Source: a virus. From it: a DNA stretch of 64,000 bases. The DNA lies in IMG/VR virus record IMGVR_UViG_3300036859_000689, positions 4,024 through 68,023 of that record. One strand, 5' to 3'. The notes beneath the pieces are model-generated. The model did no database searches. It was not told where the DNA came from and saw only the letters and a list, made by a program, of their open reading frames with translations. Numbering within the stretch: the stretch's first letter is position 1; each line of letters begins with the position of its first letter. Positions 28,179 through 38,238 of this stretch are shown one piece after another. Both the position numbers and the translations under genes were made by a program.

Positions 28179-29888
28179 ATGGATTCGATCGAACTCGACA
28201 TCCCGGAGCTAATGCACGGGACGGGCTGGCGGTATCGTGACTATCAACTCGAGGCCTTGGCGAAAATCGAATCGGCGTGGGAAAAATACTCCCGGCTCAT
28301 GCTCGTTCTCGCCGGCGGGCTCGGCAAAACGATCGTTTTCGCCGCGGAAGCCCACCGATGGGCACAGCGCGGCCGGCGCGCACTGATCCTCGCCGACACC
28401 GAGGAGCTTTGTCAGCAAGCGGCCGACAAACTCTTAGCCAGCACCGGCGTCGTCGCCGACATCGAGAAAGCCGACAGTCGCGCGTCGCTGAGTGCCGAAG
28501 TCGTCGTCGCCTCCGTGCAGACGATCAGCCGCATCGATCGCCTGATGGGTTTCCCGGAAGATCATTTCGGCGTCGTCATCGCGGACGAATGCGACCTGAG
28601 CATGGCGCCAACTTGGCAGCGGGTCCTACGCTATTTCTGTTTCGGCCGCGCGTCGCTGGATCCGGACTGGAAACTCCCGAAGCCAACCGAGGACGTGCCG
28701 ACCTTCGCGAAAATCCTCGGCGTGACCGCGACCCCGTACCTGACTACCCTTGGGACGTTTTATCAGCACATCCCGATGAAGTACCGCCTCAAGGAAGCGG
28801 TGCGCGATGGCTGGCTCGTGAAGCCGATCGTCCGCCAGTTTCCAGGCGCGAACATGTCCGGCGTGAAGATCAGCCGCACCGCGCAGGGCTCGGACCTCGA
28901 TGTAGCTGAGATCATCGAACGGTTGAAGCCGTTTCTCCGCGAGATGTGCGCCGGGCTTGTCCGCGAGGCTGGTGACCGCAAGAGCTTGGTTTTCGTGCCG
29001 TCGGTCGAGATTGGCCGGCAGTGTGCCGGATTCGTCCGAGAACTGGGACGCGAAGCCGATTTCGTTTCCGGTTCGTGTGACGATCGCAGCGAGAAAATTG
29101 CGCGCTACCGCGAGGGACGGCCGCAGTTCATGTTCAACGCGCTCCTACTGAAACGGGGATTCGACGACGCGGGGATCCGCGCAATCTCGATGTGGCGCCC
29201 GTCGAAGATTCTCAGCTTCTACGAGCAGGTCGTGCTCCGCGGCACACGTACCTGGCCGGGCGTCGTCGACCGCTGCTTTGGAAAACAGGAACGGCTCGCC
29301 GCGATCGCTGCGTCACCGAAGCCGGATTTCCTCATCATCGACCCGCTATGGCTGGCGACGCAGCACAACCTCGTCGGGCCGATCGACCTGGTGACCGGGG
29401 AACCGGAGGTGAAAAAGCAGATGCAGCGGGACAATAATCCCGACCTCGTGAAATCCGAAGCGGAGGCCTCCGTGGAGCTTTTGATTTCGCTCGAGCGAGA
29501 AGCGTCGAAGCACTCCGGCAAGGACGCGCGCACGATCGATCCGTTGGATTTCGCCGAGAAAATCGGCGCCGAGGAACTGCGCGACTACAGCCCGACGGAG
29601 CCGTGGGAATACATGCCGCCAACCGACGAACAAATAAAAGTGCTCCGCGGATGGGGATTCGGCGTCGAGACAATCACGACTCGAGGACTCGCGACGCGCA
29701 TCATCGACCGCAAGCGTGCGCGCGACAAACTCGGACTCGCGACGCCGGCGCAGATGGAATTTCTCGGCAAGATCGGTTACCAGAATCCGGGCAATATCGA
29801 AAAAGCGCGCGCGCAGGAGTTGATGCACGGCCACCGGAAACGCTGGGCCGAACGCCGCAATAGCGCGCATGTCCGCAAAGACAGTTGA
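28179..29888 (+). CDS. Superfamily 2 DNA helicase
   Basis: YRDYQ, AGGLGKT, IADECD, GVTATP, RGFDD, QVVLRGTR. Confidence 0.9.
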   Translation: MDSIELDIPELMHGTGWRYRDYQLEALAKIESAWEKYSRLMLVLAGGLGKTIVFAAEAHRWAQRGRRALILADTEELCQQAADKLLASTGVVADIEKADSRASLSAEVVVASVQTISRIDRLMGFPEDHFGVVIADECDLSMAPTWQRVLRYFCFGRASLDPDWKLPKPTEDVPTFAKILGVTATPYLTTLGTFYQHIPMKYRLKEAVRDGWLVKPIVRQFPGANMSGVKISRTAQGSDLDVAEIIERLKPFLREMCAGLVREAGDRKSLVFVPSVEIGRQCAGFVRELGREADFVSGSCDDRSEKIARYREGRPQFMFNALLLKRGFDDAGIRAISMWRPSKILSFYEQVVLRGTRTWPGVVDRCFGKQERLAAIAASPKPDFLIIDPLWLATQHNLVGPIDLVTGEPEVKKQMQRDNNPDLVKSEAEASVELLISLEREASKHSGKDARTIDPLDFAEKIGAEELRDYSPTEPWEYMPPTDEQIKVLRGWGFGVETITTRGLATRIIDRKRARDKLGLATPAQMEFLGKIGYQNPGNIEKARAQELMHGHRKRWAERRNSAHVRKDS

Positions 29889-30062
29889 CACGATCGTAAC
29901 GTTTCCAGTTTCTCCACCCCGCAGGCGTTCCCTCCGCCCCCTGAGACGTATTTCCGACTCTTAACCCTTTCCGGCAACGGAAACGCCGCGCCGTTCTTGG
30001 TGCGTACCTACGCTTTGCGTGGGAGAGGGACCATTTAGACGGCGCGGCGATACCTTTTTTTC
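29885..30062 (+). ncRNA. Candidate structured RNA or attenuator with its promoter
   Basis: TTGACA 29885; hairpin TTTCCG-GCAA-CGGAAA; 11-bp stem 29984-29994/30039-30049 enclosing CCTACGC-TTT-GCGTGGG; T-run 30055-30062. Confidence 0.5.
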
Positions 30063-30122
30063 AGTGCTCCATTTTTCCAATCAACTTTTCACCTCGCCGG
30101 AAAGCCAAACTGAAAGGACGAC

Positions 30123-31466
30123 ATGCTGACGTATGGGAGTCTCTTCGCTGGCGTCGGTGGCTTCGATCTCGGCTTCGACGCGGCCGGCATGGTTTGCCGG
30201 TGGCAATGTGAGCTCGACAAGAACTGCAGGAAACTCCTGCGCGCAAGGTGGCCGCACTCAAAAATCCATGAAGATGTCCGCACTCTCCAAAGCAAAGTCC
30301 TCGAACTCGTTGATGTTATTTGCGGAGGAAGTCCCTGCACGGACCTTTCCGTGGCCGGTCTCCGCGCGGGAATGGCTGGAGAGCGGAGCGGACTCTTCTT
30401 TGAAATGGTTCGAATTTGTAAGCAGATGCGACGACGCGGGGGCGCGCGATTCATCGTCTGGGAGAACGTCGATGGAACCTTTAGCTCTAACGACGGCCGA
30501 GATTTCGCGGCTGTCCTCCGTGCTTTCACGGGCGTCGCGGTTGAAGTCCCGCGCGATGGATGGGGACGATCCGGTTTCATCAAAACTCCGTTCCCTGCGT
30601 GGCGGTGGAATTGCGCTTGGCGGATGTTCGATGCGCAATTCTTCGGAGTGGCCCAACGACGCCGTCGTGTGTTCCTTGTCGCAAGTGCTGGAGACGGACG
30701 TTGCGCCGAAATACTTTTTGAGCCCTCGAGCCTGTCGGGGGATTTTGCGCCGAGCCGCGAAACGGGAAAAGGACCTACCCCCATTCTTGAAGCAGGCGCT
30801 CGAACGGGTCGCTCAAGTGAAAACGGAAAAGCCGGTATCGGTATAGGCGAGCCCGGTGACGCGATGTTCACCCTACAGGCGAAGCAGCAGCACGCTGTTT
30901 TGCCCGACGTTGCCGATTGCCTACAGGAGCGCGACGCGAAGGGTGCGGACAGCAGCACGAAAAACGGTCACCTCATCCCGGTAGCGTTCGGCTACCAGAA
31001 CGACGGCGATACGATGATGGGAATGACCAAGGGCGGAGTGCCGACCCTGAGCGCGTCGACGCGGATGGCCGTAGCGTTCGACACGACACAGATCACCAAC
31101 CCGGAAAATCGGTGCAATCCAAAGGACGGGGATCCTTGTCACCCCCTCTCGGCGTCTGCGCATCCGCCGGCGATTGCGTTCAGCGGCCGTGAACGTGGCG
31201 CCGAACCGTCTTGCGGCCGTCCGCCGCGTCCGCCGCACGCGATCGAGGAAGCCGTCGGCGCGCTGGACACTGTGAAGCCGTGGAACGTAGCCACCGGCTA
31301 CGCGGTGCGGCGCCTGACCCCTCGCGAGTGCGATCGCCTGATGGGATGGCCCGAGGACCACACGGCGGGCTTTCCTGACACGGTTCGCTATCGGATGGCC
31401 GGTAATGGCGTCGCCTCGCCCTGCAGCGAATGGATTGGCAAACGCATCGTGCGCCTCGCGACATGA
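30123..31466 (+). CDS. DNA (cytosine-5) methyltransferase, large polypeptide
   Basis: SLFAGVGG, GGSPC, WENV, QRRRRVF, RRLTPREC, GNGV. Confidence 0.95.
   Translation: MLTYGSLFAGVGGFDLGFDAAGMVCRWQCELDKNCRKLLRARWPHSKIHEDVRTLQSKVLELVDVICGGSPCTDLSVAGLRAGMAGERSGLFFEMVRICKQMRRRGGARFIVWENVDGTFSSNDGRDFAAVLRAFTGVAVEVPRDGWGRSGFIKTPFPAWRWNCAWRMFDAQFFGVAQRRRRVFLVASAGDGRCAEILFEPSSLSGDFAPSRETGKGPTPILEAGARTGRSSENGKAGIGIGEPGDAMFTLQAKQQHAVLPDVADCLQERDAKGADSSTKNGHLIPVAFGYQNDGDTMMGMTKGGVPTLSASTRMAVAFDTTQITNPENRCNPKDGDPCHPLSASAHPPAIAFSGRERGAEPSCGRPPRPPHAIEEAVGALDTVKPWNVATGYAVRRLTPRECDRLMGWPEDHTAGFPDTVRYRMAGNGVASPCSEWIGKRIVRLAT
30268..30846 (+). CDS. Overlapping alternative-frame small subunit of the C5 methylase (M.EcoHK31I beta-like); start uncertain
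   Basis: +1 frame encodes SEWPNDAVVCSLSQVLETDVAPKYFLSPRACRGILRRA...LPPFLKQALE. Confidence 0.65.
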   Translation: MKMSALSKAKSSNSLMLFAEEVPARTFPWPVSAREWLESGADSSLKWFEFVSRCDDAGARDSSSGRTSMEPLALTTAEISRLSSVLSRASRLKSRAMDGDDPVSSKLRSLRGGGIALGGCSMRNSSEWPNDAVVCSLSQVLETDVAPKYFLSPRACRGILRRAAKREKDLPPFLKQALERVAQVKTEKPVSV

Positions 31467-33313
31467 AGAAGAAGCCGCCAACCGTTTCTTTCGACCTGCC
31501 GGACGACATGCAGACGCCGGAACAGGAGCCGACAATCTCGGCGGCGGAATACGAGGCGGAGCGGAAGAGGGACGAAACGGCCAGGTTTGCGCCGGCGCCG
31601 GCGGGAGCGCGTTCGCTTGGTCGATCGCTACCGAACAGCATAGAGGCCGAGGAATATCTGCTGAGTTGCTGCATGCTGGACGGTCGCGACGTCGTGGGCC
31701 GCTGCATCGAGGCCCACATCGACGTCGACGACTTTTATGACGGTAAGCACGGCATGATCTACGAGCGATTGGTCGACTGCTATAACCGGAATCTCGTGAT
31801 CGACATCAGCGTCATCGCGGAGGAGCTAAAGGCACACCGGCAACTTGACGCCGCCGGCGGGTATGCGTTCTTGACACAGGTCAGCAGCCGCATTCCGACG
31901 ACCGCCCAAGCCGGTTACTTCATCGACAAGGTGCGCGAGCAAGCGACGCTGAGAAAACTGATCCGGAGCTGCACCGGCGCGGTTGAGGACTGCTACAATT
32001 TCTCAGGCGGCATCGACGACTTCGCGGCCGACGTCCAGAAGAAGATCGCCAAGGCGGTGAACGGCTACGGGGGAGGGACCAAACCGGTCCCGCTCATCAC
32101 CTACGACTATCCGACCCAGCGGGATCCCAACGTGCTCCTTGGTGACGACGATTACCTCGGCCGCGGTGGCGGAATGGTGCTCATTAGCTATGCCGGCGCC
32201 GGCAAGAGCTCACTCGTCATGCAGATGGGACTCAACTGGGGGATTGGGCGCCCCTCGTTCGGGCTCCGAAGCAATGGCCCGTTGAAAATCCTGATGATTC
32301 AGGGCGAAGATTCCCCTCGGTATCTCGGCAAAGTCGCTGCCAGCTACGCGGCTGCCGCCAAACTGACGATCGAGGAGCGCAAACTCGCCGAGCGCAACGT
32401 GCTGATCCAAGAGGTAAAGGGCGTCGCCGGCCCCGCGTTTCTCTCGAGAGTTGAGCGACTGGTTGACCAACACGAGCCGGACCTCGTCGTCATCAACCCC
32501 GTCTATCTCTACGTCCAGGGCGACATTTCGAACAGCGCGGACGTGAAGCCGTTCCTGTTGGGTCTCGATCAAATCCAGACCGGCGCCCGGAGAAAATTTG
32601 GCTGGCTGCTCGTCCACCACACCGGCAAGCCGACCGGCAAGGACAATAAGGGCCAGCGCGCCGAGCTGGATAACTGGGAGACGATGTATATGGGCATCGG
32701 CTCGTCGTTCTGGGCCAATTGGCCGCGCGCCTCCGCGATGTTGGAGCCGCGGGCCTCAAAGCCCGACGGACGGCACTATTGGCTTAAATTCGGCAAAGGA
32801 TGGCAGAATGCGGGCATCGTGCGCGATCGTCAGGAGAACGGGGAAAAGAAAATCGAGCGCGTGAACCGGGTGGCCCTTTGCTATTCGAACGAGGTGCTCG
32901 AGATCGGCGGCGAGAAACGGCCGTTGATTTCGTGGGAGCACGACCCGGAAGGGGAGAAGGAATTCGCCGACAAGCAGGCCACCGCGCGCGAGAACGGCAA
33001 ACAGGGTGGAGGTCGTCCCGCAAAATTCACTTGGCCCGCACTGCGACCGACCCTCGCGAAGTTGGCCGGCACTCCCGACAAGGCTCAAGGGTTCAATGTC
33101 CTGCACCGAAGCGCGGCCGACGTGCTCGCGATCAGCAAATCGTCGTTCAACCGGCTCATTCAGGAAGCGGTTGCGAGCGGTGAGATGTGCCAGCACACCG
33201 TAGGAGCCCTCACGGGTCGCTACTGGGTGCCGGCCGTGCCGCACAAGGTTGAGGCAGCACAGCCGGACGACCTAGAAAATCTGTCCTGGCCGACAGAACC
33301 GACCGATCAGTGA
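31463..33313 (+). CDS. Chimeric replicative helicase: DnaB N-domain + RepA-type (AAA_25) motor + C-terminal wHTH
   Basis: LPNSIEAEEYLL...AAGGYAFLTQV...LRKLI; Walker A AGAGKS, IQGED, LVVINP, LVHHTGK, GIGSS. Confidence 0.85.
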   Translation: MKKKPPTVSFDLPDDMQTPEQEPTISAAEYEAERKRDETARFAPAPAGARSLGRSLPNSIEAEEYLLSCCMLDGRDVVGRCIEAHIDVDDFYDGKHGMIYERLVDCYNRNLVIDISVIAEELKAHRQLDAAGGYAFLTQVSSRIPTTAQAGYFIDKVREQATLRKLIRSCTGAVEDCYNFSGGIDDFAADVQKKIAKAVNGYGGGTKPVPLITYDYPTQRDPNVLLGDDDYLGRGGGMVLISYAGAGKSSLVMQMGLNWGIGRPSFGLRSNGPLKILMIQGEDSPRYLGKVAASYAAAAKLTIEERKLAERNVLIQEVKGVAGPAFLSRVERLVDQHEPDLVVINPVYLYVQGDISNSADVKPFLLGLDQIQTGARRKFGWLLVHHTGKPTGKDNKGQRAELDNWETMYMGIGSSFWANWPRASAMLEPRASKPDGRHYWLKFGKGWQNAGIVRDRQENGEKKIERVNRVALCYSNEVLEIGGEKRPLISWEHDPEGEKEFADKQATARENGKQGGGRPAKFTWPALRPTLAKLAGTPDKAQGFNVLHRSAADVLAISKSSFNRLIQEAVASGEMCQHTVGALTGRYWVPAVPHKVEAAQPDDLENLSWPTEPTDQ

Positions 33314-33714
33314 AGGTTGCGCTTCTGGGCAGCAATCTGCCGTTCGCGATCTTCCTTCACGTTCTTGTTGTGCTGCGCGGCGGAGGGATTCTCGGCGTCG
33401 CGCTGTTCGCGCCGCACGGCTTCCGCGCTCATTTCCTTGTGGGTCTGGACCGGCTCCGGCTTCACGGCCAGAAGACTGTCGGTCGCCTGGGCGTCAGCCT
33501 TGAGGGCGGACAGTGCGTCGGTGAGCTCCTTCGGGGGATTCGCCATGCCGTCGACGACGGTCTGGAGTTCGGCGATGCGTTGGAGCGTGTTGTTGTTCTG
33601 CATCCGGAGGTCAGCGAGTCTGCTTTCCGGGATTGGAGCGAGAACCGGGGAAGGGACGGGCGTGGGCGTGGGCGTGGGCGTGGGCGTTGGCGTGGGCGTG
33701 TGTGCGGGAGGCAT
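33307..33714 (-). CDS. Pro-Thr repeat coiled-coil protein
   Basis: MPPAH(TP)n then coiled coil. Confidence 0.65.
   Translation of the reverse strand: MPPAHTPTPTPTPTPTPTPVPSPVLAPIPESRLADLRMQNNNTLQRIAELQTVVDGMANPPKELTDALSALKADAQATDSLLAVKPEPVQTHKEMSAEAVRREQRDAENPSAAQHNKNVKEDRERQIAAQKRNLH
33658..33700. repeat. Hexamer tandem repeat (GGGCGT)n, about 7 copies
   Basis: Visible directly; encodes the (TP)n linker on minus strand. Confidence 0.85.
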
Positions 33715-33788
33715 GGGAATGGATGGTTTTTGGGTTTCCGAACAAACCAGATAGACACGCGTTCCAACCAAACGCCCGAACCGCCCAC

Positions 33789-33820
33789 AAAAAAGCCCGC
33801 CCCTTCAACAAGGGCGGGCC
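33789..33820 (-). terminator. Intrinsic terminator after PEP-CTERM gene
   Basis: GCCCGCCC/GGGCGGGC stem followed by T6 on minus strand. Confidence 0.8.
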
Positions 33821-33863
33821 TCTATCTGGCGGAGAGAATTAACTAGAAACTCCCGCCAAAACT

Positions 33864-34613
33864 TTAAGCGAGAGCAGCAGTCCTCTGCCGCATCCGACGC
33901 CAAGAGATAATGCCAAGCAGTGACGCACCGCCAAACAGTCCGTAGGTGCTCGGCTCGGGAACCGGTATAATACCGACCGGCGTGTTGTTGATGCGAACGC
34001 CGAAAACGCCGTCGTCGTAGTCCTGCAGGCCGGGCGATGCCGCACCGCGGTCGTCGATCCCGAAAATATAGTAAGTGAAATTGACGTCACTCGCGACGAA
34101 AGTCGTCCAGTGAAGAACGTCATCCATCGTATATTTCACGTTATCGGTCGAAGTGTCCTGATGCCAGAACACGAGGTCCGTCGCCAGCGTCGCCGTGATA
34201 TGCCACGTCTGAGTTGAAGCCGCGCCATAGTTCGCAAAGAGCACTTGGTTGCTCGCGCCGAGCAGGGACGATTCGGAACCGATGTTATTCGAGTCCGCGC
34301 TGTCCTTGGCGAGAAACACCACGTCGGCGAAGAAGCCAGCGCCGACCTGCAAGTCCGATGGCGAAGTCGGATCAAGGTTCGGAATGTTGTTGAACGAGAG
34401 GCCGGCGTAGTTGAACGAGTGAATCTGCCCGTCAAAATCTGGCACCGGTGTAAAGGTGCCGAGATTGAGCAGGGTGTTACTCACAAACGGAGCGTCGAGT
34501 TTCATCGCGCTGAATGGCGCGATGGCCGTAGCCGACGAACTGTAGATCAACTGGCCGTAGGCAGAACCAGCGACGAGCGCCAGAACGAGTGAAACGATAT
34601 TTCGTGTTTTCAT
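33864..34613 (-). CDS. PEP-CTERM surface protein
   Basis: Signal peptide MKTRNIVSLVLALVAGSAYG; C-terminal VPEPSTYGL + TM + WRRMRQR. Confidence 0.92.
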   Translation of the reverse strand: MKTRNIVSLVLALVAGSAYGQLIYSSSATAIAPFSAMKLDAPFVSNTLLNLGTFTPVPDFDGQIHSFNYAGLSFNNIPNLDPTSPSDLQVGAGFFADVVFLAKDSADSNNIGSESSLLGASNQVLFANYGAASTQTWHITATLATDLVFWHQDTSTDNVKYTMDDVLHWTTFVASDVNFTYYIFGIDDRGAASPGLQDYDDGVFGVRINNTPVGIIPVPEPSTYGLFGGASLLGIISWRRMRQRTAALA

Positions 34614-34644
34614 GGTTTGTTTATCCCCAAGGTTGGAGGAAAAA

Positions 34645-35487
34645 TTAAAGCGCGTTGATCTGCGGGATCCACGGGCTAGCGACGTTGATCTGCGTGACCG
34701 TCAGATTGACAGCAGCGAGTGAGCCAAAATAACGCGGCAATCCGTCGACGATGATGAAGCACGGGCTGCCGCTATCGCCGGGCTGAATTTGCACCGGCGA
34801 ATTCGTTTTGTTTGAGACTTGAGCGGTGCGCGATGTGCCGCTCGAAAAAGAAAACTTGATCGGGGCAATGCCCGCGATCGGCTTAACCAAACTGGAAAGA
34901 CCGAACATCGTGCACGCGCGGCCGACGTAATTGGTATCCGGTTCGACCGGCGCCACGACCGCCGGCTTAACGACGGTGATCGCTTGGTCGAGTTGGTAGC
35001 ACTCGAAATCGTCGGCCGTGAAAACAACCTTCACGATTTTTGCCGTCTGGGTTCCGTTTGCGCCAATGAAACGAACCGCCAGTCCGATATACGGAGCAAA
35101 GGGCGGGTTGTTATAGTGACGCGCGGCGGCAATCACATTGGGACGCACAAGAGCGCAGAGACGAATCTGCCCGCCCTCGTTGATGATCCCAACGCTCTCG
35201 TAAGCGTTCTTCACAACGTCCGCACTACCCGGAAGGAAAACTTGTTTAGCCGGTGGCTGGAGTTCAACCACGTCGCTATAGGGTGGAAAATCCACCTGCA
35301 CGCCGTTCTGAATTATCGACGGTGGCTGCACGGTAACGATCTCGCGAATGAGCGGAGGAGTTACCCAGAATGACTGCCCGCCAGCTCCCTGCTGGATTGT
35401 AGCGCCGAAAAAATTCGGATTAGGAGCCTGTGCAAGAAACGGCTCGTTGGCCGCGGTGAGATTTAGAAGTATCATCGTTGAGCACAA
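34645..35487 (-). CDS. Trypsin-like serine protease (start uncertain)
   Basis: Triad motifs IAAARHY, ADDFECY, PGDSGSP. Confidence 0.75.
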   Translation of the reverse strand: MCSTMILLNLTAANEPFLAQAPNPNFFGATIQQGAGGQSFWVTPPLIREIVTVQPPSIIQNGVQVDFPPYSDVVELQPPAKQVFLPGSADVVKNAYESVGIINEGGQIRLCALVRPNVIAAARHYNNPPFAPYIGLAVRFIGANGTQTAKIVKVVFTADDFECYQLDQAITVVKPAVVAPVEPDTNYVGRACTMFGLSSLVKPIAGIAPIKFSFSSGTSRTAQVSNKTNSPVQIQPGDSGSPCFIIVDGLPRYFGSLAAVNLTVTQINVASPWIPQINAL

Positions 35488-35523
35488 AACCGCTTTCGGC
35501 GGTTCCCGTCCACAGAAACAGAG

Positions 35524-36393
35524 TCAGGGAATTACTGATCTGGTTCTAAGGTTTTTGTGCCAGCGCGTTATGAGCCAACAACGGACCCGGAATGGAAAAT
35601 TTCGTATCCGGAACCATGCACGATAGATCGGTGATAAATATACCAAGTTTCCGACTTCCAAGTCCTCCCCGTGAATCAGATCAGCCACGAGGCTCTCCAT
35701 CGTTTTACAGTCAATTTTACGTGACGAACAGAGGTTCGCGCCCCTCAGAGTGGCGCCGTGGGCGATCGACAGCAGCCTGAGATATTTCCGTCCAGAGATG
35801 AACGGACCGAGGATTTTTCGCGTCGTGGTTTCTGAAAAACAGCCCGCTTGCTTCGCGATGATTCGCCGCAAAGGAAACCGAAACTTTGAGACGACCGACG
35901 GACCGGCGACGACGTGCTTGGGTGTGACAACCCCGTCCTTCCAGGGTTCAAGCGCGGCTTCCGTGAGATCCGACAAGACTTGCGCGTCGGAGAACCGACA
36001 CAGTCCGAGGATCGCGTTGTTGAGCTGGATGACGAAATCCCGGTGCATGTGGTAAACCTCCATCGGCAGAACGACCGAGCCAGGCTCCGGCAATGGCAGA
36101 ACGAATTCGTAGATATTCCAGATGAGAAAATCGGCATCGAGCCAGTAGACGGCCGCGTAGTGGTCGTTGAAAAGATGCGCCTTCATCAACCTCACGCGCG
36201 CCAAGTCTCCAATCTGAATCTTGGTAAATGGCGCCCCGTATTCTGGCGTGTAGCTGAACAGCTCGTCGCCAACATGGAGATACTCGTAGCCTCGATAGTC
36301 GGCCCACCGCTGCACGGTTTCGAGGCATTGCTTAATCCACTCAGGAGAATTCGGAGCTGACGATTGGAGGATGAGGACTGGTTTTGTTCGCAT
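35524..36393 (-). CDS. GT-A nucleotide-sugar transferase-like protein
   Basis: WADYRGYEY, GDLARV, YWLDADF, LNNA, AGP. Confidence 0.7.
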   Translation of the reverse strand: MRTKPVLILQSSAPNSPEWIKQCLETVQRWADYRGYEYLHVGDELFSYTPEYGAPFTKIQIGDLARVRLMKAHLFNDHYAAVYWLDADFLIWNIYEFVLPLPEPGSVVLPMEVYHMHRDFVIQLNNAILGLCRFSDAQVLSDLTEAALEPWKDGVVTPKHVVAGPSVVSKFRFPLRRIIAKQAGCFSETTTRKILGPFISGRKYLRLLSIAHGATLRGANLCSSRKIDCKTMESLVADLIHGEDLEVGNLVYLSPIYRAWFRIRNFPFRVRCWLITRWHKNLRTRSVIP

Positions 36394-36397
36394 GTTT

Positions 36398-38238
36398 TTA
36401 CTGGAGTTTGAAAAAGACGCAGCCGCATTCGCAGCAGCGCAGATGATTGGGGCCGAAATTTAAATTGTTTCGCTTGCCGCACCGCGGGCACTTCTTCGGA
36501 GGCCAGAAGAACCACACGAGCAAAAGCGCCGCGTAGACGAGGACCGTTTTCACGATTCGAATTTGCAGCGCGGAACGTGCTCGAGGACTGGCAGCCCGGC
36601 CTCGCGCCAGAGATCGTTGCGATGCGACCAAGAGCCGACGTGCGCGATCGAGTGATAGGCGAGCCACCGGAGATTTGGCTGCATGCAAAACACGACAGAG
36701 CGAAATGCCTGCGCGGCGTTGCGCTTGCCGTCGTGGTCGGTCGAAAGCCAAAGGTTCGCGATGTGCACCGCGCATTTGAGCGCCGGCCAATCCTGACCGG
36801 TAAGTCCTCCGAGACACGGCCCGAGATTCTCGCGCAACCAAGGCCCAACGGTCTGGCAGAGAGGTTTTGTCCGCGTGGCGCGCATGTTAGTCGTTACCGT
36901 GCGCGACGGTGTTGGTGTGCCGAATGCGGCGGTCGAGATGTCGACGCGCGCCCTCGGCGGATTTGATTGCGGAATGGATTTTCTTTTGCAGTGCCGGACA
37001 ATCGGCCGCGCGGCATTGGGTGCGCGCGGTTTTGAGTGTCTCGATGCAGCGTTCGAGGTTGTGGGCGTTTGCTTGTGAAGCGGGACGGACGTAGTTCATG
37101 GTTTACGAGAGAAAAGGTTTCTGGAGATTGCCGAGCATCAGCCGATGCCGGCGAATCGAAGCAATGAGGCGGTGAAATTCCGACCGCGGCATGCGGACGG
37201 TCCTGCGATTCCTGAACGTGTGACAGGCGAACCATTCGAGTTCGAACAGATGCACGATGATGCGGCCGGACGATGGGAGGGTTTTCACAGGAGTTTGGAT
37301 TGTCGGTTCTGGACGAGTTCGCGTTCTTTGCCGTTGAAAAACTGGAATGCCTGATCGCGTTCGCTCGGATTGAAGCGCCAGGCCTTGATGACTTGGCCAT
37401 CGCATGCCACCGCACGCACGACGATGCAGGTTGAATTATTACCAACGCGGCCGACCTCGCCGGTGCCGACGTGGTCACGGTCGGTTTCCGTGTGAATGTC
37501 GATGCGGTTGCAGATCGCGGGATCGTTCCAAGGCGGGAGTTGATCGGCCTCGCCGGCCGCAAACATGTCGAGTTGGAGATTCATTCGCCGATCTCCTCAG
37601 ATTCGAACGGCTCGATCTCCGCGTTGCACTTCGGGCATCGGTCATTGCACGCGCAGTCCCATTCGTCCTCCCATCCCTCGCCGCATTGGTCGCAGCGGTA
37701 CGAATTGCGAAACCACGTTGGCGGTTCTTCGGCTTCGAAGTCTGGAATCACGCGGCCGGCGTCTTTGGTTGGTGCGCTCACTGGAATTCCTTTCTGGCAC
37801 GCGCGAAACTGAAACGCGCGAGCAGATGCGTCGGGCAGTGCATAAGCGCGACCGCAAGCATTACCGCCAACCGTTTGGCAGCGGCGCGCGGTTCCGTACC
37901 ATAGCGTACCGATGTTGATCTCCGGATCCCCGCGGCGCGGCGATAGACCACGAAACGCTCGCGCGCTTGGTCGTCGTAAACGTTCTTCCGAAAGAGCCAG
38001 CGATGCGTATACTGAAATGAGGTTTTCACAGTTTGTCCGGGTTGAGGTTCGCTAGTAAAACGTCATTGCTGATAGCCGCTAAAACGTCCGCGCCATCCCA
38101 CTCGCGGTCTGGATTTAGAACGATCCTGCCGCCCTTAACCTCGCCGTATAGTCGGACAACTAGAGTCTGAGCGATAATTTCCAGGTCATTGCGCGGCATG
38201 GCCGCGATTTTTGCGCGGAGTTGTTTTATGGTTTTCAT
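36398..38238 (-). CDS. Run of small early genes, two with Zn ribbons (36398-36553, 36550-36885, 36887-37099, 37103-37288, 37285-37584, 37581-37781, 37778-38029, 38026-38238)
   Basis: Coupled start/stop overlaps; CxxC pairs in 36398-36553 and 37581-37781. Confidence 0.6.

Noticed and set aside
33658-33700. (GGGCGT)n as a telomere-like or G-quadruplex element
   Set aside because: Fully explained by the Thr-Pro linker coding on the minus strand
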